This document shows positions 26,953-40,423 of a DNA stretch of 64,000 nt, piece after piece; position 1 is the first letter of the stretch; every line of letters starts with the position of its first letter. The DNA is taken from the NCBI RefSeq assembly GCF_008831285.2, contig NC_045138.2, positions 9,610,001 to 9,674,000 of the forward strand. The letters run 5' to 3'. The notes below the pieces were generated by a model. That model was given only the letters and a program-made list of their open reading frames with translations. It made no database searches and was not told where the DNA came from. A program made the translations under genes and the position numbers. Source of the DNA: Nymphaea colorata (Eukaryota).

Positions 26953-29900
26953 CTATTTCCATGGGATATTAGGTATTCCAGGTTGAGAATTGTTACAGGC
27001 ACCAGTACTTTGATTAAGTGGGCTGCCAGGCCCACCACCTGAGGACTCACTCAGTGTTCCTCTAGAAGGTGGACTACTTGCTGCTGTAGCACCACCTGCG
27101 GATATTTTTGCTGGAACAGAGAAATCTGCTGTTTTCGGTTCAGTTTTCTTGCCATCAGCAATGAAGCTGCCAACAACCACCTGGAGAGAAGACAAACCTT
27201 TTCAAGCATGCCACCAAACAAATTTACTTGAAAAAGTAGAAATTTCATCAAAATAGACTGTACAGAAGACAGACAGAATTATTATGGAAAGAGAGAGACA
27301 GCGAATAAGACCTGTACGGGTGATGCTGCCATTAAGAGGCCGGCAACTCCTCCCCCCAGAACTCGACCATCAGGTCCAGCAAGGGATACACTTAATCCAC
27401 CAGTTCGACTGCGCTGTCCACCACTCTCAGACAATAAAAAGGAACCAGAAAGAGAGAGAATCTCAAATCTCCCCTGCACCAATATTATCAGACAAGCCAA
27501 GAAATTGGCTAGGTAGGAATTATTAGCCTTCTAAAGTTAGAAGTTAGCAACGAAGACAATGTAAATGATGGGTACATGCGTACACAGGAACTTTATATGC
27601 AAGTAAATACTCAACCAAAATCAAACAAAACCGACAGGATACAATTGAGAAACATCGTGTACATTGAATAATATGGTGATAGTCAGACCCGCCCTTCAGC
27701 TAAGGAAATGGTAAAAAGAAAGAAAAATCTCCACACGCACATTGCAAGTGCAGACATAAACATCACTACAGAAAAATAAAAGCTGCCTGAGAAAAACAAA
27801 ACGAGATGACATACAATGTCAAAATTTAAAATTAAAACAAACTTCTCTGGAGTTATTAATTTATGTAAAAGAATATGCGATAACTTCACCTATAATGTAT
27901 TTCAAAATTTTCTTTTAACAACTCAAAATTAACAGCATATTTTCCAAAATAGTTCTATCTTTTTCATGTTTTCATGAGGTTCTAGGCAATCAAGAAGCAT
28001 CCTTCCTTCGAACATTGTCAAAGAATCTAGTACTTACATCAATGAGCATCCAAATCTCATGGGACCATTGGAACCTGTTGACTCGTTTTCACCACCTGTG
28101 ATCTAGTTTTCGTGTTAATGAGCATCCGTTGCTCAGAGAATCTGAACCTGTCGAGTAACTTGTACCATATATTTCTTTTTCCCTGACCCAGGAGACAGAC
28201 CTTGCCTCTGTCCATCCAAAGAGTCCACAACAACCCTAATCCCACCATGCCGACCCCTCTGAGTTTCATTGAAATTTGTAAAAGCATGTTCGGTTTGTAT
28301 GAACCCAATAGTTCTACTTCTCTTTTAATGTTGGATATCCTCTTCACTATAATTAAAGAAAAGGAATAATAGACTTGGAAAATACCAAAAGGCAAGCATT
28401 ATTTTGGAAACGTGCTAATAAGTCAAGGAAAATTATGAAAGGGACCTCCAATTTGTATTTTCATAATAATCACGTATTCATTTCATTTAAGAAATGATAA
28501 TGAAAAGTAAACGTGAATATGTGGGAAGGTGGAATCAAATCTACACTGATGACTTAGGTCTTACAACTTCATCCAATAAAGAGTCACTGAAAAATGCATA
28601 ATCTCCAGACCACCATTATACAGCACAAATTTCTCCCACCGCAAGTAGAAGAAAGTCTGGACTTTTTAAGATTCGTTATGGCTTTCCATCTTATTCTTGT
28701 AGAAGTAAAACCAACCTAGAAGTTAAGATGTTGAGTCTTTATAAAGCTATGCCGTCAGGCCATTGACATATAAAGAACAAAAAGAACTGTAAGGGAAAAG
28801 TAAACCTTCTCAAAAAAACTGAATCATTTAATTAACGGCAAAATGTTATGACTCTTCAAACACTTAGCTATTGACAATCTGGACAAGATTGAATCCAATT
28901 CCATGCCAGCATTTTGGAATGGAAAAACTAACTCAGATAACCAACCACGATCCGTTTAGCTAAACTGCAATCCTAGCAGTTAAAGCAGAGCTGAACTACT
29001 CCGAACACAATATCATCAGGCCCCAGCAAACGACTGTAACTAATCTAAGACCTTCATCTTGCTCATCAAACTTATAAAAACACACATACACATGCAGATG
29101 CCAATACACATGTATTGGATATGCTTCTTCCGACCTCTTCTTTCTTCCGCACTCTTTCACCTACTTTTTTCACTCCCCCTCCTTCATTTTCATTTTTTCA
29201 CTTCTCACAATTATAGTCTCCATCTAAGATTGATAAAAATCCTAGGGAGAGGAGATCAAAAAATACAGTCCCATTTTGGGGTTGGTTTTACCCATTTTCC
29301 ATAGACATACATATCCATCCAATCCCAACCTGCCATAATCCTATAAAAGCAAAGGCAATGAAATATGTAGCGTTGTGCATTGCGTCATGGTATTGCCACA
29401 ACTTTTTAGCAACATAAAAAAGTGAAGCTGGAGGAACCAAAGTAGTGTGAAAGTTCATTTATGCCCATGTGAATACACACACACACAGAGGTAACTTTTC
29501 CAACAGACCTCATATGTAACAGTACCGCCAGATGTGGCAGGCTGACGAAGGGTCACATTAGAAATAGCTCCATTAGCTGAGAGAATGCACACAGCCCTTG
29601 GTCCTTGTTGAGAAAATGACATTATCTTTGAAGCAACATCCTAAAAAGGAACAACATTCACAATGCAGATCTGTCAACAAGTGACCAAGTACTGAACCAC
29701 AAAGCATCTAATCTGAACTTGACAAGCCCACTAACCAAACACGGAAATCAACTAATTCAAAACTCAGTTCAGCAAAGAGCATAAGGCAGTCCATAAAAAT
29801 TTATGCATACATGCATGCACAAGTAGCTACAGTTCCATGCCCCCATAACCATGTTCATGACACATGTTTGTACATGCACTCAAACCGATGCCACTGACTC

Positions 29901-31921
29901 AATTCATCAGCTTTTAATATGAACAAGGTAAGCCAGCCTGCACTCATCACACTACAATTAATTATCCATCTTGCTCACGATATAAGATATGCCAAGGTCG
30001 CTCTACTTAAGATGCAGGACTGGCATGATGTGCTTTATGTTGTTAAAGATGCACCTGTTAGCCTAGGCTGTCACCTCTGCACATCTAGGGAACCACAACT
30101 TAGGTAGTATTATGAGTTTCTAAGAAAAAGGACATTGTTTTGAGCCACACACAAAAACAGATATATGATATGTTCATTTCTTCCTTTTTCTCCTTTTTAC
30201 CTTTTCCTTCGTCTTCTTATTCTTACTCTTCTTTTAGTCGCATAGTTAACTAGTAATATACTGACATGATTTTTGTCTAATGTTGTTTTGTAAATATCTA
30301 CCATAGTAAATACATATTGTACATATTAAGTAATAAAGACTATATGTAGGATAGTTTAACAGTTCATTTTCTATGTTAATATATCCTTAGTGTGCACCAC
30401 CATCATGCGCTAATTCAAATATGTCATTTGTCTATATTATTATTGTTGTTGTTGTTGTTCTTGTTCTTGTTGGTATTCCCATATTGATATTTTTTTCTCA
30501 CACTGCTCAATGCCGCTAATCTTGCATAGCGCTTTTAACAGCACAGGATGTGCCACATGCAGATAATGAGAAATGCCATGACATGATATGGGTCGTCAAG
30601 ATAGTCTGAATCACCTAAAAGGTAAACAATGGGACCAATTTAACTAAAACAAGAATTTTTCACTAAAACTAGTTGTATTTTTTCCGTTGCTAAAAGCAGC
30701 CATCTCCCACATGATTTCTCTTAAAAGTACAATTTCCATCTTGCACTAAAAGGCTAAGGTGATCAACTATTCAACCTGTTTAGTATAAGAAATAAGCAGA
30801 CCACATACAAGCCACAGCAGCACAGCTAATTACTATTACAAGTTAAGGTTACCGGAACTTCAAATATTACCAGTAGCATAAAACGAAGTGCAAGAGACCC
30901 ACGAAAAACTGATCCCCGTTGAATAGGTCAAATACATTTTTGGTCGTTAAAGAAGTCAAGTAGTAAAAATTAAGCAATAGCAAGACAAAAAGTGAGAGTG
31001 ATAGTAGCAAAATCATTCCAAAAGTCTTCTTAACAAGGCAAACCTGAGGAAACTTATACTGCTTGAAGAAAAACAAGAAGAGAATTGGCAACGAAAATCT
31101 CACAATATTAAATCGGCTCCACCAGGAGTATTGAAATTGTGTGAAAATAAATGAAACTTATCTAGGAGTAACCAAAGCAGTATCCAGCAAAAACCACATA
31201 ATAGGTTAAATCGCATTAAGACCAAGTGTCTCTTAACCAACACCAAGATCCTTCCCCCAGGTCTTCCGAACACCCCACTCTTTCCTTTTTTTTCTGCCTC
31301 CTTCTTCCAATATGCCTTAAACTACATGAAGGCAAAACTTTTTTCATGGACATGATACTTTCGGTACCAAAAAGGTGAAAACCACATGCACAGAAAGGAC
31401 TCCTGTGAATCAGATATTTCTTTCATGGATAAAAATCACTAAGTCCAAGAGAGAGTGGATCAGGCAAGAAAAGGTAGAAAATCTCACAAAGCTGACAGAA
31501 TTCCTAGATTTGAAAATCCAATTTCAAATTATGAAAAAGGAGATGCTTGCAGGTGCAAGTGCGGTGCGAATGCAGGCAGCAAATTTCAAAAGAACTTGAA
31601 TACCGGTGCGGCAATAGTGTATACATACATACAAGCTTTCCCTAAACAAGACAAAATTATCAACTGAATAATAAAATTACTACCCAAAGCCTTCCAAGAT
31701 CTGAAGTATTTTATTTCTTCCATTTAATATACATATTGTGGAGTTTGATTTCAGATTTTACAAGCTTACTGTCTACGGATAACATAAGTAGGCATTAAGC
31801 AAGCAGCTGTTATACATCCAGTATTATAAGCTTATAACACATAAACATAAAGCAAAATGTCATATATAATATGTATAAAACTGTTTAGTGAAACTGGCAA
31901 GACACATGTAAAACTTATAAA

Positions 31922-31992
<71 letters not shown>

Positions 31993-32365
31993 TGCATGCT
32001 TTTGGGCCTTCGGGCGGCACTGGACAACGGCCTGGGCGCTGCCGGAGGGGGAAAAATCCCTCCCCTTCCTCTAGAGTCTAAACATGAGGAAGTAGCGGAG
32101 GAGAAGGAGGATGGGTTTCTCCCTCTCCTGACGGCGGCACCCAGGCCATCGGCCAGCACCACCCAGTGGTCGGTGACCGTTGGGCGGCGGCCAAAAGCCT
32201 GAGTGCCGCCATCAGCCAGCAGGGCCTCCTCCTCCTGTCCTTCCCTCCTCTATTTCACGATTTCACAAAAAAAAAAAGTAAAAAATGCACTTAAAAAAGA
32301 TCAATGAGAGCCTTCCATCAAAAGGATGAATGCCTCTAGATGAACCTTAGAGCCAAGGATTCAGT

Positions 32366-32424
<59 letters not shown>

Positions 32425-35400
32425 AAAACTTATTGGCTGATTAACAAAACTTAAAGGAAACTTGTTCACTGATTAACAAAACTTATAAACAGCACAACAT
32501 ACATAACCATATGTAGTATATAAAGTTATAAACAGCATATATATCCCCAATATTAAACTGCAAAAATATGCAGTAAAATACTAAAAACATTGTAATAGAT
32601 TCAGCAAAACAGTAACTAAAACTGTTTTAAAAAAACACCGTCAAACAAAATTAAAAGACGACAAAAACATCCCCAACATACTTTGACCACACCCAACTCG
32701 TTGGTTGATGTGAGTCAGGTGTGATTAAAAAGTGGGCAATTTTAGCCTGGTGCAGTTGACCACACAGGATGCCCATTGACTGCACCTGCATCATGTTGAC
32801 ATGGGTGCTGCTGCTGTTTTGGAAAGTCCTTGTGACATAGATCACAGGTTAATGAAAGCATAATAAACAATTAGAAGAAAAGTACAGAATCCAGTGGACC
32901 TGCAAACAGGTTGGACCAATGTGGTAAAACGAGGAAACCCATATCAGTTGGGCACAAAATTTGATATATAAGATCATCTCAAAATGATGTAAGATTAAAA
33001 AAAATCACAAACTTATTTTTTAATGTTAAGAAAATATAAAATAAATAGAAAAATACAAACAGATAAGAAAAATTAGGAAAAAAAATAGGACAAGAATTCT
33101 CTATGAAAACACATGAGCTGCATAAAGATAAGAAAATAACAAAGACATGCTACGGTAACATGTTTGCTTGCATTATAAATCATCAAAATTGAAAACTTAA
33201 ACGACTATCCATCATTGTCACAACCATCACTGTCTTTTTCTGAAAGACATGAAAAAACAGGAAACACAAAGAAAGCAAAAAAAAGGTCCAAGAATCATGA
33301 TATTTTGGGAAGGAAATGAAAAAATCATGTTTTATTGCATTTTTAATGTTCCTCATGCTTTGCATTTTCTCAAAAAAAAATGTTAAAAGACATTTTTAAG
33401 TTTTTTGAGGCATCTTTAATGTTTCAATAATTATTCTAACTTCTATAAGAGTTTTTGAAAAAAAAAAACTTGTGGAAATTTAAACTTTCATAATTTTTTA
33501 AATTTTTTCATTTTTAAAATTTTTTAAATTCTCAATATTTTCCAAAGAAAAATCAACTTCCCAAAGGCAATGCTATCAATACTAAATGGTTATCAAGATA
33601 AAAAGTTTTTATTTGTGTATAATTTACTCCTTGGACTTGTGATACTACATAGTGGTCAGAGGACCTGGAATTATTATTTTGGAGGAAACATATAGGCTCT
33701 TGTGTAAAAACTATGAAAGCTCTAATTTTGTTGTGCAAAATCAGCCTAAATTTTACCTTTCATATATGTAAGAGTGTCTTCCATGACAAACTAAACATTC
33801 AGCCTTAAGAAATTTATATAACTTTAATTTCAAAAACAAAATTGTTGTCTTTTATGTTCGAAGACTTACATAATAAACACTTTCTATTGTAACATCAAAA
33901 CCCGAAAGGTAAACCAGACACTGCAAGGGTGTATTATATCCTACTTCACTAGACTAGGTTGAACAGATTAAACTAACCTTTTAACCATACAGGGCTGTTC
34001 TGGTTTGGTCCAAACTCCCTACCGCAGTTATCAAATATGATGGAACACCTAAATCTCAAAGTACTAAAATTTTCATATGAACAAAATCAAAGCCAGTGTC
34101 AAATGACTATTACAGGGAACACAAAATTTGGATATGCAATTCGGATTCAGAAATGAATCACCCATATTCAACAATACAGATCAGAACCAGTTAGGACATC
34201 AACAGACATTATACATTGAGTGCATGTGACAAGGTGACAGATAAAAAGAAAGTACAGAACACCCACGATTTTCTCACATGTGCAAGTATCGTAATAAGAT
34301 TCGAAAGGAACACAATGGAATAAAGGTACCGCAGGAATGAGGTAGAAGAGCACTCTCATTTTTCTTTCATTTGAAGCAAAGATAGAAGACAAACCTCGCC
34401 AGCTTTAACTGTAATAACGTGAGGCATAAAACCAGTCCCAGGAGATCCTGCGATCCATTGGAAACAAAAAGGTAAATCCTTTGAACTGCAAAGCAATACT
34501 AACCCCAACACAGTTTAGAAGGAGGAGGATCAGATGGTCCCAAGATACTGCGGAAAAGAAATTCAACAACAAACTATTTGCTGAGACAACTAGGGACAAG
34601 CTACGTCAGATGGCCTGATTCTCACAGGAAATTCCATTTCGAGAAAATGAAATTTATCTTGATATGGCTCTAACCATCTTTTACTGTAAAACAACTTTTC
34701 CATGAGAATTTTCCTTAAACGTCACAACCATAAAAGATAGCTATTTATCAATATGTCCACTGACAAGGTCAATGGAGCTGCGAACCTTAAACATCAATAG
34801 CTATAGCAATATTCCCCTTAAACGTCACAACAGCAAAAAGATGGGTACCATTTATCAGCAGTTCCATTGACTAGGTCAACGTAGGAAATCTCTGCGATCT
34901 CAAAGTGCTCAATCGTATAAGATTAACAGATTAACAAACATAAGCCAGATAAAGAACCAACCCTTAGAATAAGAAGAAAGAGGGAACTCATTAAACAGAC
35001 CAAAAAAGGGTCGTCAATGACAAATAAACATAACAGTCAATTGGAAAAAACAAAAAAGGAAAAAGCCAATGCGTTAATTAACCAAGGGAAGAGCATATGG
35101 GAGTCCAAATCAAGAACACAAGAAAATGAAGTCATTTTTCTTATTTAATAAATAATTTTTCATTTTACTGATTCAGATTTTAATTTTAATAACTTTTCAA
35201 CATTTTGTCGGTCTGATTTTTATCTTACTCGTTTATTGTTGTTACAATTTTAACAGCATTGATCATAACAGTAATATTGCTGTGACCTTCCTATTCTTGT
35301 TAATACTAACACAGCCGCATCAATAACAGTAAGAGGAGAACTTTGAGTAGTAATTTCATGGCAAATGCCGTTCGCTTGTTCCAGCATGAAGCCCAAATCC

Positions 35401-36273
35401 AAGAGGAAACACGCAATTTAAGAATATACTTTGTTCCCCAAAAAGCTCCCACTCCACAAAAATCCTAAAATCCGCCATAACACTATCAAGTTACCATGCT
35501 GCTCTTAAAATCTTTAAAACACTGTTGTGATCACAGTCTCCAAAAAAAGAAGAAAAATCTTCCAATAGAACTAACAGGCACCACCCAACTAGTTCAACAA
35601 AATTGCGCACGGTGTGGTCGCCCACAAGGCATGCTGAGCCCACCCCAGACACCACAAGCCCAAAACTGACAACGAGGCAACTCGCCCACCAAAGGGGCCT
35701 CAGTCAGCCACCTCATGAGCCAGTCCAGACAAGAAGCGACACACACAGAGAGGGAGAGAGAAGGCACGAACCGAGAGCTGCGAGTTGCTGCTTCTTGCCG
35801 GAGCCAGGCGGCCGGCCCCTCGCCTTCTTGGCGGTGGGTGACGTCGGGTTGGCAGCGGAAGAATAGCCGCCGGGCAAGGAGGAGACAGGGGTAAGCGCTA
35901 GGGCCATGGTGCCATCAGGGCCGTACTTCCTCGGCCGACCCCTTTTCCTCTTCACTGGGCCTCCTCCGGCCATGCCCATCCCCAGCACCCCCTGCTGCTG
36001 CTGCTGCTGCTGCTGTTGCGGCTGCTGCTGTTGCTGTAAAATAGCTGCAGAGCCGTCCCCCTGATAAGGCGGTGACGTCGCCGTCACCGGCTTGTAAACG
36101 GCGGAGCCGTCTGAGGTGAACGCCAGGCGCATGTTTTGCACCGAAGCCGCAGGCGACTGCGCCGATACGGGGACGCTACCTTTCTGAAGACTCACGCTGA
36201 ACGCCGACTCTCTCCCCGCCATCATACCTGGCTCAGATGCGGGCAAGCGAGGCTGTTGTTCCGTTGCTTCCAT
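26953..36273 (-). CDS. AHL10: AT-hook motif nuclear-localized protein, clade B, AHL10/AHL13-like, 358 aa
   Basis: Exons 36273-35772, 34447-34395, 29640-29509, 27473-27312 and 27180-26953. All GT-AG, phases consistent, 1077 nt, no internal stops. Two AT-hooks (KRKRGRPRKY, KKARGRPPGS) and a PPC/DUF296 domain (FMPHVITVKAGEDVASKIMSFSQQGPRAVCILSANG...GRFEILSLSGS). C-terminal SSPPSRGTLSESSGG...NIPWK resembles AHL10. The exact orthologue name is an inference. Confidence 0.93.
28090..28395 (-). mobile_element. Possible LINE (L1) ORF2 3'-end fragment in AHL intron 3
   Basis: The ORF contains LLWTLWMDR, resembling the W..W.ERN motif at the C-terminus of plant L1 ORF2. No RT core is visible. Confidence 0.35.
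30035..30546. mobile_element. hAT-type MITE in AHL intron 2
   Basis: Ends TTATGTTGTTAAAG / CTTTTAACAGCACAG form an imperfect TIR. 8-bp TSD GATGTGCT (30027-30034)/GATGTGCC (30547-30554). Confidence 0.7.
31989..32369. mobile_element. GC-rich insertion between two long (TA)n tracts in AHL intron 2
   Basis: Flanked by (TA)n at ~31925-31988 and ~32370-32421. The GC-rich core has internal inverted motifs (GGCGGCACT/AGTGCCGCC). No clean TIR. Confidence 0.5.
33213..33790. mobile_element. Probable hAT-type MITE with ends like 12362-12622
   Basis: CATTGTCACA...CATGACAAA, flanked by CTATCCAT/CTAAACAT (6/8 match). Confidence 0.4.
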
Positions 36274-39200
36274 TCATCCCTAATCCTCCTGGAAACCCCG
36301 CCTACCCCCAAAGCTCCTCTTCCAATATCGAAGTATGGCGACCACAGAAGAAGAGGAAAGTGGTAGTTCTCAGTTTGCTTGCTGGACCGAAGAGAGAGAG
36401 GAGCTCCGAGCTCACCTTGCTGGACAGTTGTAACGTCTGAATCCCCGAAAAAAAAAATAATTACTCTTCCTTTTTTGCGAAGGAGACAGAAATTTCTGCT
36501 GTGATTCCCGAACTCTAAGATCAGATTTTTGTCGTTTACTGCTAAAGCTTAGTAGAGAAACGAGGAGAAACCTAGAAGACGAAGAAGAACAATAAGAAGA
36601 TCAAAACAGTACCAGGGAGCAAGTTCACAGAGGGGATGAAAGGCCGTTAAAAATCCTTTAGAAAAGCCGAAATTGAGCTCCCCGAAAACCTTTGAGAGAA
36701 GGATTTTGCTTTGAAAGTAAGAAAATCGGGAAGAAAATTCAGGTATCAACGCCGATTTTCAACAGAAAAAATACCGCTCTGTAGATATGAAAAAGGCAAA
36801 GAATTCTTTCCCGGAAATTTCAGAAGAAAAACCCACCCCACACAAGCCACCCCCCCACCCCCCCCCCCACCCCCCCCCAACAAAAAAAAAAAGAAACAAA
36901 AGTAAAAATGCAAAGATGGAAACCCTTATCCTGTAGCTCTAAATGAACTCCATACTGCGCTCCTGATTTCCCAGCCTGCAATAAGAGAAAAAATATCATC
37001 CAATTTGCAGATTAAATTCCAAACAAAAGCCAGAAAAAGGGACCAAATTCCAGGAAAATACAGAAAATAACCCCCAAAAAAAAAAGAAAGAAAAAAAACT
37101 CCCGCATATCTCACCTGAGAAAATGACCAAAAATCCCAAATTGCGCTCTCTCCGGACGAATGAGCAAATTTTAGGGTTTGCAGAGCGCAGGAGAAGAAGA
37201 GGGACCCAAAAAAAATAGATGGTTTTCGAGTATTTCCTTTAATTTTTTTATTCTTTGATTTTTTTTCCCCCTTTTAGCACTCTGGGGCTCTTTATTTAAA
37301 AAAGCAGGCAAAAGCAGGCCGAAATTGCTCACGTACAAAAAAAAAGAAATTTAAAAATAATTAAATAATTCATTAACTCCAACTCCTGCTCCAAATGCAC
37401 TACCTTCTCCTTGCCTTCAACGTTTTTTCTTTTCTCTCTCTCTCTCCCCCTATCTCTTCACTTTCTTTATCTTATTTTTATTTTTTATTATTTTTTAGAC
37501 GTCGTTTTTCAAATTAATTTATCTCAGCAGAGTGGAAAAAATGGATTCGACGACTATCTCTTGACCGCGCCTTTTCGAGTTGCCGGTGGTCATTTGGATC
37601 GTACTTAATGGGTCGGATTCGGCTCCCCTGCAACTATGATTGAATCCATCCCCGATGCAGTCCTGTCCCGGCATGATTTGGAGTGGGATGGAAGAAAGCA
37701 AGGTTGGTATTTGGGTCGAACTCGAATTAGAATCAAATACTGAATCTTAGTGGATCTGAATTTCATTTCTAATTTAAGAAAAAAGTAGGAATGTTAGTTG
37801 ATCGAATTTGTGTACATTTCACCATAACCATATCTTTTTTATTGGATGTTCCTGTATTTGGATTCCAATATGAATCAAGAAAAGTTCATACAATATATGA
37901 ATATGAATCTAAATTCACAATTTGAATCTGATCTTAATGTGATTTTAAAATTCGCAACCAGTTTGAATCGAAATTTGAAACCAAATCTGAACTGCATTGC
38001 GATCTGTAAAGAACTGACTATAAACATGTATGAATATGAGATATAGGATATGATTAAACATTAAATGCCAATCATTTTTTAAATCCGAAGTTGATCCCAT
38101 TTCCTAGTCGGATGTTATTTTTTATTGTATAGATATGTGATATAGGATATTATTTAAAATTAAATTTGAACCGTTTCTTAAATCCGAAGTCGATCGGATT
38201 TCTCAATCGAACATCATTTCCCTCATGACTGTCTTTTTTAAGCAGTTCAGTCAGATATCCACTTTGTATTGGATCTATTGACATACTTTAGAAACAACCA
38301 AGTTCACGAACCAATACCATGAACTCTGGATTCTCCGGATCCTTTTTATCGTCATCCGTTAGGATCTGATCTTGTAAATCGTATTATATGGTATAAAAAG
38401 TTTATATAACATCGTGATCTTGTGAGTTCTAGTTCGCACCCCATAAGTAAAAGAAACACAATCTGGACCGTCGGTTCAAACTTGAAGGCCCAAATCCAAT
38501 CCCACACCTGCCAGTTGCTCCGATAGACTTGAAAAAAAAAAAAAAAAAACTCCAATTCAAATTCGAGATCCCGCCGAACTGGGCACTATAGAAAGTGGAA
38601 ATCAAAGTTTGACCAAACGGATGTATTCTCGGTATTATTTTGGAAAATCATCTTTTATCGGCCGTTCAGAAAAGATGAGCATGGGGAGTTCATTAATTTT
38701 GCGGCAGATGCCTGCTATCAGCCAAGCCGCCGCGACTTAGATTAAGATTAGAGTCAACCTTTGATAAGAAAACGTGTCCGCAATCAAACGAGCGATCAAG
38801 AACAATTAAGACAGGCAAGCTCGGTTTGAGCCGAGCAAAATTACCGGACTGACCTTCGTAATTAAGGGCCGTTTCGTTAACCAGAAAAATAGAAGGGTCC
38901 TACTCCCTCCGTTTGGCGAGTTAAAATAATCCATAAGACAAAAAATAGGAAATCTTTGTCAATGATAAAAAAAAAATCAGAAAAACACTATGGTATGCAG
39001 CGTATTATGGGAAAATCTTTCAAGAAAAACTTTTCGAGGATCGACGCAAGGATGTACGATGAAGATAGGCACAGGCTCCATCAAGTAAGTACGCTAGGTA
39101 GTCATAGAAGTTGAGCATTTCACTTTTAAGAAGGTCACCAGTGAGGTTACGTAAAACATTCTCATGGACTTTGTGAAGTGTCCAAGTCCTCTCGGCTCGG

Positions 39201-39820
39201 GAACGAGAATATGCACGAAACTTGACTCGAGGCAACGGGGAAACCAAAACACATAACTAAGTAGGGTTTTAAAGTCGTGGACTTGACGTAACCAAGTGAC
39301 AAAATATCGACAACAAAATTTATGGTTTCCATGTTTTAGATCATCACCTTTTGCCTCCGCAACTAATCTGATATAAAATCAAACTACTGATCATAAACTC
39401 TGACATTAATTGCTTGGATCACAAATCAAGAGGATGTTACACCAGAGTCAACCAATGATAATCAGATGCCCCCTAACATTATGGTTGATTACCTCAGACC
39501 TTGTTTTCTAAATGGTCTAAGATCTTACATCTTTAAATTCATGGATCTCGAGTCATGTACCTCTCTCCTCCTCTAGTTTCACAATCATTGATTTTGTAAA
39601 ATATTAATAATCTGACATCTATAGTATTTTAAAACCATGAAATTGGGCTCCTATATGAGAGCAAACCCTTAAATCTAACATCTAGAGTAAATAATACTTG
39701 TGAAGGTGGGACGTTATAGACCACTTTGTCTAGGACGCGCTCTCAAAGCGTATCAATGAAACCCCTTTTTTTTATGTGTATGTGTGCATTTATTTATTTA
39801 TTCTTATTTATATATATATA

Positions 39821-40423
39821 GGAATTAAATGATGACTTAGTAAATTTTTATGTCAAAGAGACTGCTCATAATAACCGTTTGGATCTTTAGACCTGACGGT
39901 CCAAATTATTATTATTTTTTTTTTCCTTCGTTAACTCTCCTATAATCCTATTCCTCTCTCCTCCAGCTCTCTCCCTTTTTCACAACGCTCTCTACACCCC
40001 TGCCCCTCCCGTCTCTCTTCCTTTGCCACTTTCACTCCCCTCCCCCTCCCCCCCCCCCCCCCCCCCCCCGACGGATCTACGCAGCACCGGCCAGCCAGCC
40101 GGGTGACCCCGGGGGACAGGCCGGCCGGCGAGGCGATGGGCGCAAGTGGTGGTGATGGGTGGAGAAATCCGCCCATCTCTTTTTTTTCCACCCTCTGGCT
40201 GCCCTACCCATGGGGCACCACCGACGCCGTTTCCCAATGCCGTTGGTGCCCTGTGGGAAGGGTAGCAGGTGGGAGGAAGGGAAGGAAAGAAATCGGGCAG
40301 AGATAATGGTTGGGAAAAATAAATAAATAAAAAATAAACAGTTTAGAGCTGTCCGATCTTTAGATCGGATGGTTTTGATCAGCAGTTCATTTGACATCAA
40401 ATTTTACCAGTCACAGTTCAGTT
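39821..40423. mobile_element. TIR element (MITE) inserted in a (TA)n microsatellite
   Basis: Imperfect terminal inverted repeats of ~80 bp (GATGACTTAGTAAATTTTTATGTCAAAGAGACTGCT... versus the reverse complement of ...AGCAGTTCATTTGACATCAAATTTTACCAGTCAC). GC-rich core; TA repeats on both sides. Confidence 0.7.

Noticed and set aside
37690..38560. GGATC/GATCC-rich stretch upstream of AHL as a defined transposon
   Set aside because: Probably decayed MITE sequence, but no TIR or TSD could be defined.
38901..38914. Stowaway-like TIR TACTCCCTCCGTTT
   Set aside because: No partner ACGGAGGGAG end was found nearby.
39020..39247. 75-aa minus-strand ORF
   Set aside because: Non-ATG start, no recognisable domain and no splice support.
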